Part shown: positions 37,704-47,072 of the stretch, piece after piece
Position numbering within the stretch: the first letter of the stretch is position 1
Layout: each line of letters begins with the position of its first letter
Origin: an uncultured Alphaproteobacteria bacterium
GTDB lineage: Bacteria; Pseudomonadota; Alphaproteobacteria; HIMB59
Direction of reading: 5' to 3'
NCBI GenBank assembly: GCA_902522585.1
Contig: CABYWI010000001.1
Coordinates: 1-58,400 of the forward strand
Length of the DNA: 58,400 bases
The notes under the pieces: generated by a model
Told to the model about the DNA's origin: nothing
Database searches by the model: none
Seen by the model: only the letters and a program-made list of their open reading frames with translations
Made by a program: the position numbers and the translations under genes

Positions 37704-37814
37704 ATTTCAACAATTTCTACTTTTTGGGCAGTTATAAACAGTTCAAAAGTAATAAATCTTTAACATAACTAAATTAGATTTATACTAATTAATCATTATT
37801 AAGGAGGAAATGTA

Positions 37815-38837
37815 ATGGCAAAAATTAAAAATCTCTTTTTAATCTTTACTGTCTTCATATTTAGTTCAGCATCATTGATGGCTAAAACTGAACTCACTGT
37901 TTACACAGCGGTTGAAGCAGAAGATTTAAAAAAGTATGCGGCAACATTCAACGAAGATCATCCAGATATTGAAATTAACTGGGTTAGAGACTCAACAGGT
38001 ATCATTACTGCAAAACTTTTAGCTGAAAAAGATAACCCTCAAGCTGATATAATTTGGGGCTTAGCTGGAACAAGTGCAATGCTTATGAAATCTGAAGGTA
38101 TGTTCGAACCTTATGCACCTAAAGGTTTAGACCAACTTGATCCTAAATTCCGTGACTCAGCAAATCCACCTTCTTGGACAGGAATGGACGCATGGGTTGC
38201 AGCGGTTTGTGTTAACACCATTGAAGCAGAAAAGTATGGCTTACCAATGCCTGGTTCTTGGGAAGACTTAACTAACTCTGTTTATGAAGGTCATGTAGCA
38301 ATGCCAAATCCAAATTCTTCTGGAACAGGCTTCTTAGATGTATCTAGCTGGTTACAAATCTTTGGTGAAGATGGTGGTTGGGACTATATGGATAGACTTC
38401 ACAAAAATATATCTCATTACACACACTCAGGATCTAAACCTTGTAAGCAAGCAGCTTCAGGAGAGGTTCCAATTGGAGTATCGTTTGCATTTAGAGGCGC
38501 AAGATCTAAAGAAGCAGGTGCACCAATTGAAATCATAGTTCCAGCTGAAGGTGTTGGATGGGAGATGGAAGCAACAGCTATCATTAAAGGTACTTCTAAT
38601 TTAGAAGCTGCTAAAACACTAGCTGATTGGTCTATTTCAAGAAAAGCTATGGAAATGTACAACGATGCTTATGCTGTTGTTGGTATGCCTGGTGTTGCAA
38701 AACCAGTTAAACACTTTCCAGAGGGCTTATTAGAAGCAATGATCAAAAATGATTTTGAGTACGCTGCTAAAAATAGAAAAGATATCCTTGCCGAATGGCA
38801 AAGAAGATATGATTCTAAGTCTGAGCCTAAAAGCTAA
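37815..38837 (+). CDS. 2-aminoethylphosphonate ABC transporter substrate-binding protein (AepX/PhnS2-type)
   Basis: Signal peptide, LTVYTA, WVRDSTGIITAKLLAEK, PNPNSSGTG, YTHSGSKPC, GWEMEA; RBS AAGGAGG. Confidence 0.88.
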   Translation: MAKIKNLFLIFTVFIFSSASLMAKTELTVYTAVEAEDLKKYAATFNEDHPDIEINWVRDSTGIITAKLLAEKDNPQADIIWGLAGTSAMLMKSEGMFEPYAPKGLDQLDPKFRDSANPPSWTGMDAWVAAVCVNTIEAEKYGLPMPGSWEDLTNSVYEGHVAMPNPNSSGTGFLDVSSWLQIFGEDGGWDYMDRLHKNISHYTHSGSKPCKQAASGEVPIGVSFAFRGARSKEAGAPIEIIVPAEGVGWEMEATAIIKGTSNLEAAKTLADWSISRKAMEMYNDAYAVVGMPGVAKPVKHFPEGLLEAMIKNDFEYAAKNRKDILAEWQRRYDSKSEPKS

Positions 38838-38850
38838 ATAAATATCTTAT

Positions 38851-38886
38851 ATAAAAAGCTTACAATTAATTTTGTAAGCTTTTTAT
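38851..38886 (+). terminator. Stem-loop after the binding-protein gene (terminator or mRNA stabiliser)
   Basis: Perfect 15 bp inverted repeat ATAAAAAGCTTACAA / TTGTAAGCTTTTTAT. Confidence 0.7.
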
Positions 38887-38899
38887 TCTTTTAAAAATT

Positions 38900-39961
38900 A
38901 TGGATCAATATTTATCAGTTAAAAACGTAGTTAAATACTTCGGTAAATTTCAAGCTCTTAATAATATTAATTTTGATGTAAATGAGGGAGAGTTTGTTTG
39001 TATTCTTGGTCCCTCAGGATGTGGTAAAACAACCCTCCTGCGTGTAATAGCTGGATTAGAAAGTCAATCAGAAGGAACGATTCAACAAAATAATAATGAT
39101 ATTTCCTTACTACCCCCAGATCAAAGAGACTTTGGAATTGTATTTCAGTCTTATGCTTTATTTCCAAATTTAACTGTTAAAGACAACATATCCTTTGGTT
39201 TAAAAACAAGAAAACAAAATAGAAATGAAATTGATAGTCGAGTTGACGAATTATTAAAACTAGTTGGGCTGTCTGATCATATTAATAAATATTCTGCTCA
39301 ATTATCAGGGGGTGAACAACAACGTGTTGCTTTAGCTAGAGCTCTAGCGCCTTCCCCTGGTTTATTATTACTAGATGAACCTTTATCTGCTCTGGATGCC
39401 AAAGTAAGACAGCATCTACGATTAGAGATAAAAAATCTTCAAAAGCAACTTGGGGTTACCACTATCATGGTCACACACGACCAAGAAGAGGCATTAACTA
39501 TGGCGGATCGAATTATTCTAATGAATAATGGCGTTATTGAACAAGAAGGATCGCCTCAAGATATTTATTCTAAGCCCACAACCGCTTTTTCTGCAAATTT
39601 TATAGGGACCACAAATTTATTTAAGGCAAAAAAAATATCTTCAAATTCAATAGAGATTCACGGATCTGTCTTAGAGTGCAATGATAACATCAATGATGAT
39701 GTTTCAACGGTAACAATAAGACCAGAAGATATTAAAATTTCTAATAGCGGAGAAGATAAAAATATTTTAAGCGGAACTATTAAAGAACTTGAATTTTTGG
39801 GCTCTAATATTAGAGGGCATATTGAGGTAAACTTTGATTCTGATAAGGCCATTGTTCTTTGTAATATTGCTTCTGAATACATTCAAAATAATAATATTCA
39901 AACAAACGCTTCAATTAATATCTCTCTTCAACCGCATGCAATTAAAATTGTTAAAGATTAA
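38900..39961 (+). CDS. 2-AEP ABC transporter ATPase
   Basis: GPSGCGKTT, FQSYALFP, LSGGEQQR, LLLDEP, probable C-terminal TOBE domain. Confidence 0.88.
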   Translation: MDQYLSVKNVVKYFGKFQALNNINFDVNEGEFVCILGPSGCGKTTLLRVIAGLESQSEGTIQQNNNDISLLPPDQRDFGIVFQSYALFPNLTVKDNISFGLKTRKQNRNEIDSRVDELLKLVGLSDHINKYSAQLSGGEQQRVALARALAPSPGLLLLDEPLSALDAKVRQHLRLEIKNLQKQLGVTTIMVTHDQEEALTMADRIILMNNGVIEQEGSPQDIYSKPTTAFSANFIGTTNLFKAKKISSNSIEIHGSVLECNDNINDDVSTVTIRPEDIKISNSGEDKNILSGTIKELEFLGSNIRGHIEVNFDSDKAIVLCNIASEYIQNNNIQTNASINISLQPHAIKIVKD

Positions 39962-39969
39962 TTTTTAAT

Positions 39970-41637
39970 ATGAAAAAAAGTAGAGACGATTATTTAACTT
40001 TATTTTTCATTTCAATCATTGGGTTTTATATTTTAATTTCGCTGGCTTTTCCAATGTATGCCATACTATCAAAAAGCTTTGAAAATAAAGATGGCGAATT
40101 TATTGGTCTTGAAAACTATCAAAGTTACTTTGAAAATAGTTCATTAGTTTACTCAATCTATAACAGTTTATTTGTCTCCATAGTGACAATGGTCATTACT
40201 ATTTCTCTTGCCTTTGTCTTTGCGTACGCTTTGACCAAGAGTCGTATGGCAGGGAAGGGAGTGTTCCGCTCAATTGCAATGATACCTATCTTGGTTCCTT
40301 CATTATTGTCTGGTATTTCACTTATTTACTTATTTGGTAAGCAAGGAATATTTAGAGAATTATTAATGGGCTACGAAATCTATGGTCCTATTGGAATTAT
40401 AATCGCTGAGGTTTTTTATACCTTCCCTCATGCATTACTTATAATTGTGACGGCACTTTCAATAGGAGACGCAAGACTATACGAAGCAGCTAAAGTTTTA
40501 CGTTCGAAATCTATTCGAACTTTTTTTACTGTTACACTACCTTCTGCAAAATATGGTGTGATAAGTGCAGCATTTGTAGTTTTTACTTTAGTCATTACAG
40601 ATTTTGGAATTCCTAAAGTTATAGGCGGTAACTATAACGTCCTTGCAGTAGATGTTTACAAGCAAGTAATCGGTCAACAAAATTTTGAAATGGGAGCAGT
40701 TGTGAGTATGGTCCTAGTTTTTCCCGCTCTTATAGCATTTGCAGTAGATCGCATAGTGCAACGAAAACAAGTGGCAATATTAACCTCTCGTTCTGTTGTA
40801 CATGAGCCCAATGAGAGCAAAACTTTTGATAGAATTATGTTTGGCTATTGTTCTTTAATTTCAGCACTAATCTTAACTATTTTAGGGATGTGTTTGTATG
40901 CAAGTCTTGTTACTTTTTGGCCATATAATTTAACTCTTTCATTAAAGAACTATCAATTTGATCTCATGGATGGAGGAGGCTGGGACTCTTATTATAATTC
41001 CATTCGAATGGCATCTTACACTGCCGTCTTTGGAACCATTGCTGTTTTTGCGGGCGCCTATTTTGTTGAAAAGGCTAGAAGCCTTAAAACGGGACGCTCG
41101 ATACTTCACTTATTATCAATGATGCCTATGGCCATACCTGGATTAGTTTTAGGACTTGCCTACATTTTCTTTTTTAATCATCCAGATAATCCTTTGAACT
41201 TTTTGTATGGAACGATGGCTATATTGGTCATTTGTACTATTACACACTTTTATACAGTTTCTCATTTAACAGCCCTCACATCTTTGAAGCAAATAGACAA
41301 TGAATTTGAGCATGTCTCATCATCACTAAAACAACCTTTTTATAAAACCTTTTTTCGTGTCACGGTACCCATTAGCCTTCCAGCTATATTTGAAATAGGA
41401 ATTTACTTTTTTGTTAACGCTATGACTACTGTATCGGCAGTAGTTTTCCTATACAGCTCAAAAACAACTCTAGCTTCTGTGGCAGTTCTAAATATGGATG
41501 ATGCTGGAGATATAGCTCCTGCGGCAGCTATGGGTATGATGATTTTTTATACGAATGCTGCTGTAAGAATAGTTTATGTGCTTATAACCAAAAAGATTTT
41601 AGTTCGCTTCCAAAATTGGAGAGTTAAAACAACATGA
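39970..41637 (+). CDS. 2-AEP ABC transporter permease (fused double domain)
   Basis: Two EAA-type loops (LYEAAKVL, FEHVSSSL), DFGIPKVIGG, NAMTTVSAV, MDDAGD. Confidence 0.88.
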   Translation: MKKSRDDYLTLFFISIIGFYILISLAFPMYAILSKSFENKDGEFIGLENYQSYFENSSLVYSIYNSLFVSIVTMVITISLAFVFAYALTKSRMAGKGVFRSIAMIPILVPSLLSGISLIYLFGKQGIFRELLMGYEIYGPIGIIIAEVFYTFPHALLIIVTALSIGDARLYEAAKVLRSKSIRTFFTVTLPSAKYGVISAAFVVFTLVITDFGIPKVIGGNYNVLAVDVYKQVIGQQNFEMGAVVSMVLVFPALIAFAVDRIVQRKQVAILTSRSVVHEPNESKTFDRIMFGYCSLISALILTILGMCLYASLVTFWPYNLTLSLKNYQFDLMDGGGWDSYYNSIRMASYTAVFGTIAVFAGAYFVEKARSLKTGRSILHLLSMMPMAIPGLVLGLAYIFFFNHPDNPLNFLYGTMAILVICTITHFYTVSHLTALTSLKQIDNEFEHVSSSLKQPFYKTFFRVTVPISLPAIFEIGIYFFVNAMTTVSAVVFLYSSKTTLASVAVLNMDDAGDIAPAAAMGMMIFYTNAAVRIVYVLITKKILVRFQNWRVKTT

Positions 41638-41769
41638 TCATGCAATATTTGCATTATTAAAAAAGGGCTATAACAAAAAAAAAATTTTTTTTATTTTTTA
41701 ATATTGTAATAAAATTACATCTGTATATAAGGATCATATAATCGTAACCCATATAATGAGGAGATTCGC

Positions 41770-42738
41770 ATGGAGTTATCTTTTGTTTACACTGTAATAG
41801 GCTTTTCTTTAGCAGCGCTCTCTGTCTTTGGTAATGACTCTATACAAACACTTGGTACTTTTATTGCTGCGAAAAAAAAGTGGTATAAATGGTATGTTTT
41901 AGCTACTGCAGCCTCTGTTGTACTTGTTGTAACCCTTACATACGGATGGATAGTCTATGATGGTGATATAACTTTTGGTCGCTTAAATAAAATTCCATAT
42001 ATTGAAATTCAATGGTATCACGCCGTTGCTCCTCTTGTATTAGTTATGTTAACACGTGTCGGTATACCGGTATCAACTACATTTTTAGTATTATCTGCTT
42101 TTGCTTCTACAGTTATTTTAGAAAAAGTTTTACTCAAAAGTATTGTAGGATATGCAATTGCAGCCTCAGCTGCATATATTGTTTGGTTTGTAGTTTCTAA
42201 ATACATTAACGAAAAAGATGATGAAATTACAGACCCTAAAAGACAAGCTTTTTGGAGAAATTCACAATGGGTAGCTTCAGGCTTTCTTTGGGCCACGTGG
42301 TTAATGCACGACGTTGCAAATATAGCAGTATATTTACCGAGAAAAATAGATCCAACGCTATTTATTTTGGTAATGGTTTATTTTGTAATTCTTATTTATT
42401 ACATTTTCTGGAGAGAGGGAGGGCCGATTCAAAAAATTGTTTTAGAAAAAACAGGCACTAGATATGCAAGATCATGTACAATAATAGACTTAGTATACTG
42501 TGCAGTTCTGTATTTTTTTAAAGAATTAAACGATTTACCTATGTCAACTACATGGGTTTTTGTTGGACTATTATGCGGTAGAGAATTGGCAATAGCCACT
42601 CACCATAAAACCAACCTTAGAAAATATGTATTCCCAATTATAGGTAAAGATTTTTTAAAAATGATATTTGGTTTAGCTATATCTGCTGGAATTGTTCTGT
42701 CAATACACTATGTAATTATTCCAAACAATTTAGTTTAA
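41770..42738 (+). CDS. Divergent PiT-like membrane protein
   Basis: GNDSIQT / PVSTTF in the N-half and HDVAN / PMSTTW in the C-half mirror the paired PiT motifs; GAGGAG RBS. Confidence 0.55.
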   Translation: MELSFVYTVIGFSLAALSVFGNDSIQTLGTFIAAKKKWYKWYVLATAASVVLVVTLTYGWIVYDGDITFGRLNKIPYIEIQWYHAVAPLVLVMLTRVGIPVSTTFLVLSAFASTVILEKVLLKSIVGYAIAASAAYIVWFVVSKYINEKDDEITDPKRQAFWRNSQWVASGFLWATWLMHDVANIAVYLPRKIDPTLFILVMVYFVILIYYIFWREGGPIQKIVLEKTGTRYARSCTIIDLVYCAVLYFFKELNDLPMSTTWVFVGLLCGRELAIATHHKTNLRKYVFPIIGKDFLKMIFGLAISAGIVLSIHYVIIPNNLV

Positions 42739-42762
42739 AAATATATTATTTTCGAAATAAAT

Positions 42763-42870
42763 TTTTTTTTTGGCTAATTTTTTTCTTATGCGCCAACGTA
42801 AGTTACTTCTTACTATAAAGCCAACACAATCTCAAGTACCACACCTGTAAGGATGATCCTCAAAGTAATT
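42763..42870 (-). pseudogene. Degenerate copy of the post-SET C-terminus of the neighbouring SET gene
   Basis: Hand translation NYFEDHPYRCGT*DCVGFIVRSNLRWRIRKKLAKKK aligns with YSFDDHPCRCGSKNCIGYIVRSNLRWRLKKKLMEKRK; internal TGA at 42832-42834. Confidence 0.85.
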
Positions 42871-42925
42871 ATTAAATTTTTTTAAGATAAACAGCTTTTA
42901 TTTTTTTCAATAGGCAAATCTTCTA

Positions 42926-43273
42926 TTAATAAAACAAACCTATGATAAAAACTCCTCCATAAGCCGTGAGAGATAAAAATATTGCAGCTGAACCAAGATC
43001 CTTTGCTTTTTTTATTTTGTTTGACTCGTCCATGGTGATTTCATCACAGATATATTCAATTGCGGTATTTATAGCCTCAATACTTATTATTAGTAGGGGT
43101 AGAACTAAAAGTAATACCATAAATAAAACAGCTGGTTGAAAAACTATTATATACACCACAGATAAGGGAAATAATAAAAGTTCTCTTCTTGCTGCTTTTT
43201 CTTTAAATAAAATTTTCAAGCCCTCAATTGAACACCAAAAAGCACCTACAATATTACGATTTTTAAAATCCAT
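42926..43273 (-). CDS. dgkA: Diacylglycerol kinase
   Basis: EKAARRE, EAINTAIEYICD, KAKDLGSAA. Confidence 0.88.
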   Translation of the reverse strand: MDFKNRNIVGAFWCSIEGLKILFKEKAARRELLLFPLSVVYIIVFQPAVLFMVLLLVLPLLIISIEAINTAIEYICDEITMDESNKIKKAKDLGSAAIFLSLTAYGGVFIIGLFY

Positions 43274-43314
43274 AGCTAAAGTTCAATAAATTATATGAAG
43301 TTTTTGTTTATTAT

Positions 43315-43809
43315 TCACTTTCTCTTTTCCATTAATTTTTTTTTAAGTCTCCATCTGAGATTGCTTCGAACAATATACCCAATACAGTTTTTAGATCCAC
43401 ATCTACAAGGGTGATCATCGAAAGAGTACATGTCATAACCATAATCATATGACAGTTCTTCCCCTTTTTTAATATCTTTAATTGCACTAATCCAAATTCT
43501 TCCTTTAATTATATCAGTTTCACAATTTGGATCGCAGGAATGATTAATATATTTAGCTAAATTCCACGATACTTTTCCATTGATATCGTATTTTTGATTT
43601 AGTGTAAAAATGTAAACTGACCCAACCGTTTTAGCTTTTTTGTTAGCTTCAATATGAACGTCAGCAATTTTATCTGATTGAGCTTTTGTTATTTTTAAGC
43701 CTCGATATTCAATAATTCTAGTACCTGAACTAATGTTAAACTTTGCAAAAAGACCAGATGAATGAATACGGGAGTTTTTTTTTATATAAAGTTTTTGATT
43801 TGTAGACAT
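43315..43809 (-). CDS. SET-domain protein with post-SET motif
   Basis: IHSSGLFA, IIEYRG, YINHSCDPNC, GEELSYDY, CRCGSKNC; ATG 43809 preferred. Confidence 0.9.
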   Translation of the reverse strand: MSTNQKLYIKKNSRIHSSGLFAKFNISSGTRIIEYRGLKITKAQSDKIADVHIEANKKAKTVGSVYIFTLNQKYDINGKVSWNLAKYINHSCDPNCETDIIKGRIWISAIKDIKKGEELSYDYGYDMYSFDDHPCRCGSKNCIGYIVRSNLRWRLKKKLMEKRK

Positions 43810-43884
43810 AAAAATAAAAATGCATATTGGCATAAGTCTTTTAAAAGTAAAGAACGTCTTACTGTTTTATGGTAAACTTTTAAC

Positions 43885-44364
43885 TTGACTTACATTTTTC
43901 AAAAAACGATATCCCCAGATTTATTAATTCAATATAAAGAACCTTTAGAAATTACTTGGAGCAAAGACTCCTTTTGCGAACACTTTGATAACAAGAAAAG
44001 TCTCAACATAGAGTTAATTTTAGATAGCAAATTTATTGGTATTCTAATAGGGCACTATCTTTACCAAAGTCAAGATGTCGATGAGTTTGAAATTTTACAT
44101 ATTGCCATTTTGCCAAAATTTAGAAATAAAGGCTTTGCCTCAAACTTAATGAAAGAGCTTGAAAAAATATTAAAAATCAATGAGAAATCACTAAAAATAT
44201 TCCTAGAGGTCAGTTCCATGAATAAATTTGCTATTAAACTTTATGAAAAATTAGGCTATAAAGCCTACAATGAAAGAAAAAATTACTATGGGAGCAATCC
44301 TATAAACCCTTCTTCTTTGCAAAACGCAATACTGTTTGCAAAAACTCTTAATGCCAAAACATAA
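43885..44364 (+). CDS. rimI: GNAT acetyltransferase, RimI-like
   Basis: EILHIAI..FRNKGFA, FLEV, AIKLYEKLGY, RKNYY; upstream of miaB. Confidence 0.75.
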   Translation: MTYIFQKTISPDLLIQYKEPLEITWSKDSFCEHFDNKKSLNIELILDSKFIGILIGHYLYQSQDVDEFEILHIAILPKFRNKGFASNLMKELEKILKINEKSLKIFLEVSSMNKFAIKLYEKLGYKAYNERKNYYGSNPINPSSLQNAILFAKTLNAKT

Positions 44365-45664
44365 AAATTTCTTTATTAAAACATTCGGCTGTCAGATGAA
44401 TGTCTATGACTCTGATAAGATGAAAGATATTTTTCTTGCTAATAACATCCAACCAACTGACGACTCTTTTAATGCAGATTATATTGTACTCAATACCTGT
44501 CATATACGAGAAAAAGCTACGGAAAAAACATTCTCTGACTTAGGGAGGATTAATAAAAAAGGTAAAAAAGACCAAAAAGTAATTGTAGCGGGATGCGTCG
44601 CTCAAGCTGAGGGCGAGCTTATTCAACAACGCGCTCCTTATGTGGACTTAGTGATTGGCCCTCAGTCTATTCAATCGCTCAATACATTTTTAAAAAAAGA
44701 AGAAATTTCTATGACAGCTATCACTGAATTTGATGCAGTTGAAAAATTTGATACCCTTAACTTAATAAAAAGAAACCATAACAGTAAATCTGCATTCATT
44801 ACAATTCAAGAAGGTTGCGATAAATTCTGCCATTTCTGTGTAGTTCCTTACACAAGAGGTGCAGAGTATTCTCGAAGTATTTATGAATTAGTAGATGAAG
44901 TGAAAGCACTTGTTGACTTAGGTGTTGTAGAATTCACTCTATTAGGTCAAAATGTAAATGCTTATCACGGTATCAATGCAACTGGTCAGTCGCAATCACT
45001 AGCATCTCTAATTAACATAATCTCTGAAATTGTTGGGGTAGAGCGTATTACTTACTCAACTAGTCATCCTATTAATATGACGGATGATTTAATTCAACTT
45101 CATGGTACAAATGAAAAGCTTATGCCATGTCTGCATTTACCTGTTCAATCAGGATCTGATAACGTTTTAAAATTAATGAACCGCAAACATACCCGTGATT
45201 ATTATTTTGAAATTATTGAAAAAGTAAGGAAAGCAAAGCCTGATATTGCTCTTTCCTCAGATTTTATTATTGGTTTTCCTGGAGAAACTGATCAAGATTT
45301 TGAAGACACTCTTGACCTAATCCAAAGAGTTAAATACATGAATTCTTATTCATTTAAGTATAGCCCTCGACCTGGAACTCCAGCTGCCAACAAAGAGCTT
45401 ATTAGCGACGAAATTTTAGATGAACGCTTAGCACATACTCAGGCACTTTTGAATGAACAACAACTGGAATATAACAAAAAATTTATTCAAAAAACCGTTC
45501 AGGTTTTGATTGATGGCTCGGGTAAACATGAGGGTCAAGTCAAAGGTAAGTCAGAATTTAATCAAAGTGTAGCGCTACAAGGAGAAAAAAAAATTATAGG
45601 ACAGATTGTTCCTGTGCAAATTAAAGAGGCACTTATCCATTCTTTATTAGGAGAGAGGGCTTAA
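44351..45664 (+). CDS. miaB: tRNA methylthiotransferase MiaB
   Basis: TFGCQMNVYDS, NTCHIREKA, radical-SAM CDKFCHFC, C-terminal TRAM region; ATG 44351. Confidence 0.95.
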   Translation: MPKHKNFFIKTFGCQMNVYDSDKMKDIFLANNIQPTDDSFNADYIVLNTCHIREKATEKTFSDLGRINKKGKKDQKVIVAGCVAQAEGELIQQRAPYVDLVIGPQSIQSLNTFLKKEEISMTAITEFDAVEKFDTLNLIKRNHNSKSAFITIQEGCDKFCHFCVVPYTRGAEYSRSIYELVDEVKALVDLGVVEFTLLGQNVNAYHGINATGQSQSLASLINIISEIVGVERITYSTSHPINMTDDLIQLHGTNEKLMPCLHLPVQSGSDNVLKLMNRKHTRDYYFEIIEKVRKAKPDIALSSDFIIGFPGETDQDFEDTLDLIQRVKYMNSYSFKYSPRPGTPAANKELISDEILDERLAHTQALLNEQQLEYNKKFIQKTVQVLIDGSGKHEGQVKGKSEFNQSVALQGEKKIIGQIVPVQIKEALIHSLLGERA

Positions 45665-46620
45665 TGGCTACTTCAAGTATTTCGCTCCACCAAAAAAAAT
45701 TAGAGTTTGAAGATAATCAATTTCTTTCTAGCTTATTTGGCTACCATGATAAGAACCTCAAAGTTTTAGAAGATAAGTTTAAAGTAAAATTATACAGTCG
45801 AGGTAACTTACTTTCGATTAAAGGAAATCGAGACCCCGTAGAAAAAGCTTATTTTATTATTCAAGGCCTATATCAAAAATTAAAAAACAAAGATATTACC
45901 CCTGAAGAAATTGAAAATAATATCGATTTAGCTAAGCCTTCTTACATTAAAGAACAAATTGAACAAGATCAAAAATTCCAAATTACTACCAAATTAAAAA
46001 CTATTTATCCAAAAACAAAAAACCAAGAAATTTTTCTAAAACAAATGAGAACAAAAGATATAGTTTTTGCCGTTGGGCCAGCGGGAACAGGTAAGACTTA
46101 TATGGCTGTTGCGTATGCTGTAAGTTTATTTGTCGAAGGAAAGATTAACCGTCTTATTCTCTCCAGACCAGCTGTGGAAGCAGGAGAGCGATTAGGATTT
46201 TTACCGGGTGATATGAAAGAAAAAATTGATCCTTACTTAAGGCCACTTTATGACGCTCTCTATGAGATGATGCCCGGAGAGGAAATTGATAGAAAAATGG
46301 TTAATAATTTAATTGAAATTGCTCCATTGGCTTTTATGAGAGGCCGAACTTTGAATAAGTCTTTTATTATCTTAGATGAAGCACAAAATACTTTATCGAC
46401 TCAAATGAAAATGTTTTTAACAAGATTAGGTCAAGACTCAAAAATGGTTATTACAGGTGACTTAAGTCAAAAAGATTTACCTGATAATGCGAAAAGCGGA
46501 ATGCAGGATGCGATGGAAAAATTAGAAAAAGTTAAAGATATTGGCTTTGTACATTTAAACAGTAGTGATGTGTGCCGTCATAGTTTAGTTGAAAAAATAA
46601 TAAACGCCTACGATAAGTAA
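45664..46620 (+). CDS. phoH: PhoH-like ATPase (YbeZ)
   Basis: GPAGTGKT, RPAVEAGERLGFLPG, MRGRTL, LDEAQN. Confidence 0.92.
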   Translation: MATSSISLHQKKLEFEDNQFLSSLFGYHDKNLKVLEDKFKVKLYSRGNLLSIKGNRDPVEKAYFIIQGLYQKLKNKDITPEEIENNIDLAKPSYIKEQIEQDQKFQITTKLKTIYPKTKNQEIFLKQMRTKDIVFAVGPAGTGKTYMAVAYAVSLFVEGKINRLILSRPAVEAGERLGFLPGDMKEKIDPYLRPLYDALYEMMPGEEIDRKMVNNLIEIAPLAFMRGRTLNKSFIILDEAQNTLSTQMKMFLTRLGQDSKMVITGDLSQKDLPDNAKSGMQDAMEKLEKVKDIGFVHLNSSDVCRHSLVEKIINAYDK

Positions 46621-46622
46621 TT

Positions 46623-47072
46623 TTGAAAATTAAAAACAAAAAATTTGAAATTGAATTTATTGGTGATATCCATCTTAAAAAATTTTTACGAGATTCTAAA
46701 GATCGACTTAAAAAATTATCAGAATACTTTCAAATTCTGCATCAAAATGAAGACCAAACAATGATTACAATTAAAATTGTCTCTAATGAGGAAATAAAAG
46801 TTTTAAATAAAGAATTTAGAAAAAAGAATAAAGTGACTGATGTTCTTTCTTTTCCCGATGAGCATGCCTCTGGTGATATTGCTATTGCAGATAGCTATAT
46901 TCTAAACAAGAACCAAACGATTAATGCTCAGAATTTTTTTATGTTAGTAGGCCATGGTCTTTTTCATCTTTTTGGTTATACCCATTATGATAAACAATCT
47001 CGATCTAATATGAGATTTTTAGAGAATACATTTATGTTAATGTTAGGATTAAAAAAAGTTCATGAAGATTAA
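46623..47072 (+). CDS. ybeY: rRNA maturation endoribonuclease YbeY
   Basis: LNKEFR, TDVLSFP, GDI, HGLFHLFGYTH. Confidence 0.88.
   Translation: MKIKNKKFEIEFIGDIHLKKFLRDSKDRLKKLSEYFQILHQNEDQTMITIKIVSNEEIKVLNKEFRKKNKVTDVLSFPDEHASGDIAIADSYILNKNQTINAQNFFMLVGHGLFHLFGYTHYDKQSRSNMRFLENTFMLMLGLKKVHED

Noticed and set aside
41640-41654. ATGCAA-TAT-TTGCAT palindrome as a Mur/Fur box
   Set aside because: Spacing appears shorter than the Mur-type consensus and it sits right at a gene end
30589-42738. Phosphorus island as an active mobile element
   Set aside because: No integrase, transposase, tRNA anchor or terminal repeats; no obvious compositional break by eye
42832-42834. In-frame TGA in the SET remnant as selenocysteine or a recoded codon
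   Set aside because: It aligns to Lys rather than Cys, the fragment has no start, and TGA terminates other genes in this window
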